Shown piece after piece: positions 48,803 through 56,141 of a stretch of DNA of 64,000 bases (its first letter is position 1; each line of letters begins with the position of its first letter). The position numbers and the translations under genes are program-made. This stretch comes from an uncultured Actinomycetes bacterium (lineage in GTDB: Bacteria > Actinomycetota > Thermoleophilia > UBA2241), in the NCBI GenBank assembly GCA_963753695.1, contig CAVWDG010000009.1, positions 73,975-137,974 of the forward strand, in the 5' to 3' direction. The notes under the pieces are model-generated. The model did not search any database, had not been told where the DNA came from, and saw nothing but the letters and a program-made list of their open reading frames with translations.

Positions 48803-50263
48803 CTACTGGTGTCGCGCGCGACGGATGTCGTCGGGGCCTGCCTGGCAGATGGCGGCCAGGCCGTCGATCTGCTCGTCGCTCAGGCAGGGCTCCTTGGCGG
48901 CATGCGCGGCCAGCAGGCGCTCGACCGTGTCGCAGGCCACGTCGTTCTCGGTGCGGCCCTCTTCGAGCCACTTGTCGTAGGAGAGGCGGTTCGACACGCC
49001 CGGTTGCAGGTGCTCGCCCGCGCGCACGCGGCGCGCCGTGTCTTTCTCGCCGAGAAAGCCGCCCCCCGGACCCACCCGGGCGATGGACTCGGCGGCCAGC
49101 GTGGCGTCGGAGACCTCGACGTCGCCGTAGAGGCGGCGCACCATGGCGGCGATCTCGTCGTCGACGACCGACTGCGGGAGGTACATGGTGTTGTGCGAGT
49201 CGATCAGGCCCCAGCCCGTGACGATGTCGGGGTTGGCGCTGCACACGCCGGCTGCCTTGAGGGCCTTCTCGTAGCCGGTCTGCAGCCCCGCATGCTTGCT
49301 GTCGGTCGACAGCCCGGGACTCAGCGTGGGCACGCCCACGTAGTGGCCGACCTCGGTGGCCATGGCGGCCATGAGGGCGCTCTCGACACAGCCCAGCGAG
49401 AAGGTCGTGCGCAGCATGTCGAGCACGCCGGAGCCAAAGCAGAAGATGAGCCGCGCCCCGGGCGCGGCGACCTGCAGCGCGGTGGCGACGCCCAGGAACT
49501 CGGCGAGCCCCTGCACGACCGAGCCGGCCAGCGTGACCGGCGAGGTGGCCCCGGCGATCGTCATGGAGTAGACCTCGATGGGTATGCCCAGGGCGGCCAG
49601 CGCGACGTGCACGTCGAGCACCGGCCCTTCGACCTGGAGCGGCGAGGCGGCCGTGCAGACCGTCGAGAAGCGCGGCCGCTCGCGGAACGCGTCGAGGCTG
49701 CCCGAGAGCACCTCGCAGATGCGCACGACCGCGTCGACCTCGTTGGGGCAGTCGACGAAGGTCACGTGCTGCGCGGTCTCGGTGAGCATGGTGAAGTACT
49801 CGATGAGCTCGCGGCGCTCGAGCGCGACGTCGGTGGCGCTGACCTGGGTCCACATGAGATCGAGCTGCGGGAGCTCGTCCATGAGCGCCGTGCACTCGCG
49901 CAGGTCCTGCAGCGTGCTGGGGCGGCGCGCGCCCGTGCGAAAGTCGAGCGTCTTGGCGACGCAGCCGCTGGGCGCAAAGCGGAACTGCTGGTCGGCGCCG
50001 ATCAGGGCGTCGTCGGCCGGCGTGGCGCCGGCCATCGTGAAGGAGCGTGGACACTGGGCGATGGCCCACTCGACCAGCTCGCGGGGCAGGCGGACGATGC
50101 CGGTGGCCTCGTCGACCTGGGCGCCGCGCGCGGCCAGCAGGGGCAGCACGCGAGAACCGGCCAGGCGCATGCCCACCGTCGCCAGCAGGTCGATGGCCTG
50201 GTCTGCGATGCGGCTCTTCTCGTGCTCTGAGAGCCACGCGGTCCGTGCCTTCACAAGCCTCAC
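48803..50263 (-). CDS. Non-pyrrolysine MttB-superfamily methyltransferase
   Basis: GATSPVTLAG, PGLSTDSK (Ser at the Pyl-equivalent position), QTGYEK; no internal stop; GTG 50263. Confidence 0.88.
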   Translation of the reverse strand: MRLVKARTAWLSEHEKSRIADQAIDLLATVGMRLAGSRVLPLLAARGAQVDEATGIVRLPRELVEWAIAQCPRSFTMAGATPADDALIGADQQFRFAPSGCVAKTLDFRTGARRPSTLQDLRECTALMDELPQLDLMWTQVSATDVALERRELIEYFTMLTETAQHVTFVDCPNEVDAVVRICEVLSGSLDAFRERPRFSTVCTAASPLQVEGPVLDVHVALAALGIPIEVYSMTIAGATSPVTLAGSVVQGLAEFLGVATALQVAAPGARLIFCFGSGVLDMLRTTFSLGCVESALMAAMATEVGHYVGVPTLSPGLSTDSKHAGLQTGYEKALKAAGVCSANPDIVTGWGLIDSHNTMYLPQSVVDDEIAAMVRRLYGDVEVSDATLAAESIARVGPGGGFLGEKDTARRVRAGEHLQPGVSNRLSYDKWLEEGRTENDVACDTVERLLAAHAAKEPCLSDEQIDGLAAICQAGPDDIRRARHQ

Positions 50264-50382
50264 ACACCTTCCCTCGGGCCGCAGTCCGCGCGCCGGTGCG
50301 CGGGCTTGGCGGCGGCCCGCGCGGCGCGTCCGCAGGGACCGTTCGCAGGGCACGATGTCACCAGCCTCAGGCGGTGTCAACC

Positions 50383-50472
50383 CGAAACGTTTCGTTCCAA
50401 CGACAATCTACAGAAATGCTTGTCTTTGCAATGCAGATACTTGAACTGGCGGTGTGAAAGCGCAAGTATTGT
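50383..50472. promoter_or_regulatory. Divergent control region with palindromes
   Basis: Perfect CGAAACGTTTCG (50383-94); inverted ATACTTG/CAAGTAT pair in an AT-rich stretch. Confidence 0.5.
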
Positions 50473-50509
50473 GCATTCGCGCTGAGTATCGGCAGGGAGG
50501 AGCGTCGTC

Positions 50510-51082
50510 ATGATCAGAGTGGGGCAGGCCCCCTTCGGCACGGTCGCCATGGACGAGCTCGACCGCGGCATCATGCAGCTGCTGCGTCCCAACGCGCGGC
50601 GCTCCTATGCCAGCGTCGCGCGCGCCCTCGGCGTCTCCGAGCCCACGGTGCGCAACCGCGTCGACCGCCTCATCGCCAAGGGCGCCATCTTTCAGCGGGC
50701 GAGCGTCAACCCCGCGGCCATCGGCCTCCCCGTCGATGCCATGGTCGGCATCCGCGTGAACCGCGGGTACTCCAAGGGGGTGGGCGCGCGCCTCGCCGCC
50801 ATGGAGAACGTAGCCTACGTGGGCTACACCACAGGCTCGTTCGACATCCTGATCGAGGCGCACCTGCCCGACAACGAGGGCCTCTACAAGTTCTTGAACG
50901 AGGACCTCGAAGAGATCGAGGGCGTGGCCTACACCGAGACCTGGCACATCCTGCGCACCGACAAGACCAACATCGAGTGGGAGGGCGAGATGGTCGGGCA
51001 CGCCCCCATCGAGGTCGTCGACGACCTCGAAGCGGGCACCGCCGACGCGACGGCCGACGATCTCGAACCGGCCGGCGCCTGA
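50510..51082 (+). CDS. Lrp/AsnC family regulator
   Basis: MDELDRGIMQLLRPNARRSYASVARALGVSEPTVRNRV; TTGSFDILIE. Confidence 0.92.
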   Translation: MIRVGQAPFGTVAMDELDRGIMQLLRPNARRSYASVARALGVSEPTVRNRVDRLIAKGAIFQRASVNPAAIGLPVDAMVGIRVNRGYSKGVGARLAAMENVAYVGYTTGSFDILIEAHLPDNEGLYKFLNEDLEEIEGVAYTETWHILRTDKTNIEWEGEMVGHAPIEVVDDLEAGTADATADDLEPAGA

Positions 51083-51141
51083 CGGCGCCGGCCCTGCGAT
51101 CGGCGGCGCTTGACAAGCCTCGCCGGGCAGTGTCTGATGGG

Positions 51142-51165
51142 CTACTAATTGACCGGTCGATTAGC
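51142..51165. promoter_or_regulatory. Shared operator, copy 3
   Basis: CTAATTGACCGGTCGATTAG, near-perfect 20 bp palindrome (51145-64), 35 bp upstream of mtbB. Confidence 0.78.
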
Positions 51166-51199
51166 ACGACCGCCATGGCGTGATCTGGGAGGGGTAAGC

Positions 51200-52618
51200 G
51201 TGACGATCGAAGGACGGGTGCCGACCCGCATGGGCGACGGCACCTTCGTACGCCTGACGCGCAGCGAGATCAAAGCCGATCTCGTGGCCGGGTCAGAGGC
51301 GGCGGCCAAGCGGGCCAAGGTGCCCCCGCTGCACGGACGACGAGCTGGACCACCTGCTCGACATCTACGCCTCGTCGGCGCGCTTCACCGGCGTCGACAT
51401 AGGCGACGAGATCGTGCTCAGCTGCGACGGCACCGGCATGAAGACACACGCCACCCGCATCCAGGACCTGCAGACCTACGAGCAGTGGATGGGCGCCGAC
51501 CTGCTCGAGCTGTGCGTGGGCGACTACTCGCTCAAGGTCGTGCGCACCAACCTCGCCTACGAGGCGCAGTACATGCACGACGCCCAGCTCTGCACGGTGG
51601 CGCCGCTGCAGTACGGCGTGATGCCCAACCTGGGCCTCTACTCCAAGCCCGACGGACCCGTGCGACAACTGGAACGAGCTGCTGCCGCTGGGCCGCATCG
51701 ACGAGGCCCGCGCGTCGCGAAGAAGAGGCCGTCGAGATGGCCGTCGTCGACATGGTCGACCTGGCCGACACGCAGTGACGAGGCCGGCGCCGACGCCATC
51801 GACTGGGACACCACCGGCGCCTCGGGCGACCCCGAGTTCCTGGCCGCGCCTCAAGGCCGACCGCCATCATCCGCGAGAAGTACCCTGACCTTGGCATCCA
51901 GCTCGGCATGGCCGGCGAGTTCGTGCTCGGCATGCACGGCCAGCTCGAGTACGAGGGCGTGCGCCTGGCCGGCCTGTGGCCCAAAGACCAGCTGCTGCTC
52001 GCCCAGAAGGCCGGCGCCACCATGTTCGGACCGGTCGTCAACGTCAACACCGGCAAGACCTGCGCCTGGAACATCGCCCGGGCGATCGCGCTCGTCAAGC
52101 CGTGCATGGACGTGGCCGACGATCCCGGTGCACATGAACGCCGGCATGGGCGTCGGCGGCGTGCCGATGTTCGTGCACCCGCCGGCCGACGCCGTCTGCC
52201 GGGCGGCCAAGTCGTGCGTCGACATCCTGCACGCTCGACGGCTTCTAGGTAGGCTCGGGCGATCCGCACGGCATGCACAGTGCGCACGCGCAGGCGGCGG
52301 GCATGGGCGGAATGCGAGCAGCCGGAGATCTGGTGGCTCGCATGCAGATGACCCGCGGAATGCGTTTGAAAGAGGCCAAAGAGTACGTCGCCGGCAAGCT
52401 CGGCGTGACGCCGTTCGACCTGTCCGACCCCGTCGCCATGACCGACGTGCGCAACGAGTTCGGCTTTGGCCGCATCCACAGCTACGCGATCCGCCAGCCG
52501 CGCGCAGGCCAATCAGATCGAGGCCAAGTTCAACATCGCGCGCGTGCTCGACATGCCCATCAACTGCGTCGAGCGCTTCAAGGAACGTACGACGCCGGTC
52601 GCCGGCGGCGTGCGCTAG
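51200..52618 (+). CDS. mtbB: Dimethylamine:corrinoid methyltransferase MtbB with in-frame amber (putative Pyl); many apparent indels
   Basis: GGGAGGGG SD plus GTG; TRMGDG, PNLGLY..PDGP, LGMAGEFVLGMHG, PVVNVNT, HMNAGMGVGGVPM, LDGF-TAG-VGSGDP..MRAAGDLVARMQ..EAKEYVAGKLG. Confidence 0.88.
52312..52343 (+). promoter_or_regulatory. Candidate PYLIS-like stem-loop 3' of the mtbB amber codon
   Basis: ATGCGAGC-A-GCCGG-AGAT-CTGGT-G-GCTCGCAT, 13 bp including 2 G-U pairs; 63 nt after TAG. Confidence 0.5.
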
Positions 52619-52644
52619 CGAAGGGCACCGATGGGAGGGCGGCG

Positions 52645-54139
52645 ATGATTCGCAATCCACGCGCCGGCGCGCGCAAGAGCGGCGGCTTTCGGCTCGAGGT
52701 GTTCACCGACGACGAGCTGCGCGAGATCCACCTCGCGACGCTCGAGGTGCTCGGCCGCACCGGCGTGTTCGTCGAAGACGACGAGGCGCTCGAGATCTTC
52801 GCCCAGGCGGGCGCCGACATCGACCGCGAGCGTCGCGTCGTCTGCCTGCCGGCCCACCTGGTCGAAGACGCGGTCGACGCCGCGCCCTCCACGGTCGTGC
52901 TCTGCGGGCGCGACCCGGCCAACGATGTGGTCCTAGAAGACGGCCGCGTCGGCTTTACCAACTTCGGCGAGGGCATCCAGGTCGTCGATCCCTACACAGG
53001 CGAGCTGCGCGAGTCGCGCAAGGCCGACGTGGCCGACTGCACGCGCCTGATCGACGCCCTGCCCGAGATCGACGTGGTCGAGCGTCCCCTCGGGGCGCAC
53101 GACGTGCCGCCCGGACACGGCGGCCCTGCACAATGCCGAGGCGATCTTCTCGAACACCACCAAGCACGCCACCATCGGCCCGCTGTCGGGCTTCTGCGCG
53201 GTCAAGATGATCGACATGGCGGCCGCCATCGCGGGGGGCCGCGACAGCTTGCGCAAGCGCCCCATCCTGTCGTTCCTCACCTGTCCGGTGAGCCCCCTCA
53301 AGCTCGTCGCCGACGCCTGTCGCATCATCATCGAAGGGGCCCGGGCCGGAGTGCCGGTCAACGTGCTGTCGATGGCCATGGCCGGCGGCTCGTCGCCGAT
53401 CAACCTGGCCGGCACGCTGGTCACCCACAACGCCGAGGTGCTCGCCGGCATCACGCTGGCCCAGCTCACCGTGCGCGGCGCGCCCGTGATCTACGGCTCG
53501 TCGACCACCGCCATGGACCTGCGCTACGCGAGCGCGTCGGTGGGCAGCCCCGAGTGCGGCATGATCGGCGCCGGAGTCGCCTGCCTGGCGCGCTTCTATC
53601 TGCTGCCCAGCTGGGTCGCCGGTGCGTAGGGCGATGCCAAAGTGGCGGACGCTCAATCCGGTCACGAGAAGACACTCACCAGCCTGCTACCGGCGTTGGC
53701 AGGGGCCAATCTGATCTATGGGCTGGGGATGTTGGAATCGGGCGTCACCATCGACTACGCGCAACTCGTCATGGACGCCGAGTTCGCGCGCATGATCAAA
53801 TTCTGCGTGCCGGGCATCGCGGTCAACGACGCGACCCTGTCGGTCGACGTCATCGCCGAGATCGGCCCGTTCAGCGACTTTCTCTCGCACGACGACACCT
53901 ACCGCGGCATGCGCGGCCAGTCGCGCTCCAAGCTCATCGACCGGCGGGTCCGCGAGGAGTGGGTCGCCGCCGGCTCGACGACGATCTACGAGCGCTCGCG
54001 TGCCGAAGCCTGCCGCCTGCTCGAGACCCACCAGCCGCAGCCCCTGCCCACCGAGGTGGCCGCCGAGCTTGCCGCCATCATCGCGGCGGCCGAACGGGAG
54101 CTCGGGGTGGGGCAGGGCGCAGAAGACCGCGTAGGGTAA
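52645..54139 (+). CDS. mttB: Trimethylamine:corrinoid methyltransferase MttB with in-frame amber (putative Pyl); one apparent indel near 53110
   Basis: [89 protein letters not shown]. Same frame on both sides of TAG; ends at TAA; about 497 codons. Confidence 0.93.
53683..53703 (+). promoter_or_regulatory. Candidate PYLIS-like stem-loop 3' of the mttB amber codon
   Basis: CCTGCTA-CCGGCGT-TGGCAGG, 7 bp stem; starts 54 nt 3' of TAG. Confidence 0.42.
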
Positions 54140-54740
54140 GGCTGAGGGCGATCACGAACAGCGCCACAGACAGGCCGCGCACGAGGTAGGCGATGGTGTC
54201 GGTCGAGCCCAGCAAGCCGAGCTCGCCGAGGATGTTGTGCCAGTCGTGCCCCGCGCCGGAGCCGTCGTCGTTGAACAGCGGCAGGACCATGCGCGTGGCG
54301 TCGTAGACGTACACCGAGACGTTGTTCAGCGACTCGGCCACCCAGGCGAGGGCGACGATCGCGGCAAACGAGTCGCGGCGGTGCGCGAAGTAGGCGCACA
54401 CCGCGAGCGGCAGGGCGACCTGCACGAACGAACCGGCGAACTGCTCCACGATCGTCGGCGCCCAGACGAACACGAGGTGGCCGAACTCGTGCACGCCCAG
54501 GTCGGCCCCCGAGAGAATGGGGATCCAGCCGTTGCGCGTGAAGGTCAGCGCGGCGAGGGCGCAGACCGCCGCCGCGGCGACCAGCCACTGCAGCGTGGCG
54601 CTCCACAGACCGTCGGGTCGAGGCGCGCGCATGCGGTCCGCCAGCGTCCGGTGCGACTCGGCCGCGCGCAGCGCGTCGGCCCAGGCGTCGAGGTCGGGCC
54701 GCGTGGGGGCTTTGCTGCCGCTCTCGCCGATGGTGTCCAT
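54078..54740 (-). CDS. Hypothetical membrane protein with HExxH motif
   Basis: GVHEFGHLVF, several TM segments, GAGHDWHNIL; 3' end overlaps mttB. Confidence 0.72.
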   Translation of the reverse strand: MDTIGESGSKAPTRPDLDAWADALRAAESHRTLADRMRAPRPDGLWSATLQWLVAAAAVCALAALTFTRNGWIPILSGADLGVHEFGHLVFVWAPTIVEQFAGSFVQVALPLAVCAYFAHRRDSFAAIVALAWVAESLNNVSVYVYDATRMVLPLFNDDGSGAGHDWHNILGELGLLGSTDTIAYLVRGLSVALFVIALSLTLRGLLRPAPPRAPVRPPR

Positions 54741-54781
54741 GCGGGGTTCATCGGCGTGCCCCGCCCCAGACCTTTAGGTCG

Positions 54782-55654
54782 TCAGGCCAGGTCGAGCGAA
54801 GGGTCGCTCGCCGGAAAGCCGAGCGTGGCGCGCACCGTGCCGTCGCCCTCGACGATCAGCGCGCTGTAGCCGCGCAGTCCGGCCACGCGCGCCAGGGCCT
54901 TGCCGCCCGACGCCAGCAGGCCGGTGGCCAGGGCGTCGACGAAGGCCAGGTCGGGCCCCACGACGGTGGCGGCGAGGAGCTCCTGGACGGGCTCACCCGA
55001 GGTGGGGTCGAACACGTGCAAGCCGCGTTCGTAGGTGCCCGAGGTGGCCACCGCGCGGTCGTGGCCGCCCAGCGTGACCACGGTGAGCAGGCGGTCGGCG
55101 GCCAGGGGGTGACGTATGCCCACGCGCCACGGCTGGTCATCTTCGGGCTCGCCGAACACGGCTACGTCGCCGCCGGCGTTGATCATGGCGCCCGCGGCGC
55201 CGCAGGCGCGCACCTCGGCCAGGGCGAGCTCGGCGGCCCAGCCCTTCACCAGGCCGGTGGGGTCGACGCCGCCCGGCATGGCCCAGGGGTCGAACCAGCC
55301 GCCCGACGCCTCGCGCGCCCGCCGGCAGAGCTCGAGCACCTGGGCGACCTCGGGCGGCGCGTCTTCGAGTGAGATCTCACCGCGCCGCAGGCGGCTCACG
55401 GGGCTGTCGGGCTGCCAGGTGCTGAACACCTGGTCGACGTGGTGCAGCACGGCGATGGCCCGCTGCGCGGCGGCGGCCGTCGCGGAAGTCGTCGCCGCGT
55501 CGGCGGTCTCAGAGGTCGTCGGCGACTGTCCGGCGGGTCCCGTGGTCGCCCCCTCGCCGGTCGTCTCAGAAGTCGCTGCCGCCGTTGTCGTCGCCCCCGC
55601 CGGCCGGATTGCCAACGACACCACCGTTCCCATTACCGCTTCCGAGAGCTGCAT
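54782..55654 (-). CDS. apbE: FAD:protein FMN transferase (ApbE family)
   Basis: MGTVVS, DQVFSTW..DSPVSRL, DPTGLVKGWA, INAGGDV, VATSGTYERG. Confidence 0.9.
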   Translation of the reverse strand: MQLSEAVMGTVVSLAIRPAGATTTAAATSETTGEGATTGPAGQSPTTSETADAATTSATAAAAQRAIAVLHHVDQVFSTWQPDSPVSRLRRGEISLEDAPPEVAQVLELCRRAREASGGWFDPWAMPGGVDPTGLVKGWAAELALAEVRACGAAGAMINAGGDVAVFGEPEDDQPWRVGIRHPLAADRLLTVVTLGGHDRAVATSGTYERGLHVFDPTSGEPVQELLAATVVGPDLAFVDALATGLLASGGKALARVAGLRGYSALIVEGDGTVRATLGFPASDPSLDLA

Positions 55655-56093
55655 TGGTCCCTCCGGTCTTGGCGATCTTGTCGAGTGCCGATTGCAACGA
55701 CGCGGCGTACGCCTGGCTTGTGTAGGTGGCGCCCGAGACGGCTTGGATGGGCCCGCCGTTGGTGGCCAGGGTCTCCTGGATGAGCTGCGGCACGATCTGC
55801 CCGGTGATCTGGGCAGACTGGGGTCCGTTGATGTTGAGCTTGGCCAGGCCGACGCTTGAGATCTTGCCGTTCCTGGCGCTCACGCGCACCTGGATGTCGC
55901 CCAGGCCGCCCGAGATCGACTGGTCGCTGCCGACCGCGCTCGCCCCGGCGCCCACGCCGGCGGTGGCGCCGACCTTCACGGTCTTCGGCAGCGCCGCGGT
56001 GCCGCCCGAGCCGGGTCGGTAGCCGACCACCACGCCGACCCCGACGGCCGTGGCGACCAGGATGGCCGCCGGCACTACCGTCGCGCGCTTCAT
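55566..56093 (-). CDS. Extracytosolic FMN-binding (flavinylated) protein
   Basis: Signal/TM segment; GDIQVRV; AVSGATYTS contains the SGAT flavinylation motif. Confidence 0.85.
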   Translation of the reverse strand: MKRATVVPAAILVATAVGVGVVVGYRPGSGGTAALPKTVKVGATAGVGAGASAVGSDQSISGGLGDIQVRVSARNGKISSVGLAKLNINGPQSAQITGQIVPQLIQETLATNGGPIQAVSGATYTSQAYAASLQSALDKIAKTGGTNAALGSGNGNGGVVGNPAGGGDDNGGSDF

Positions 56094-56141
56094 GGGCGTG
56101 GTGAGGTTGCCTTGGGCATGGTGACGCTCCTTGCGCTTGTA

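Noticed and set aside
51776-51778. In-frame TGA in mtbB as selenocysteine
   Set aside because: It arises from a local frame error; homology continues in another frame (EAGADAIDWDTTG).
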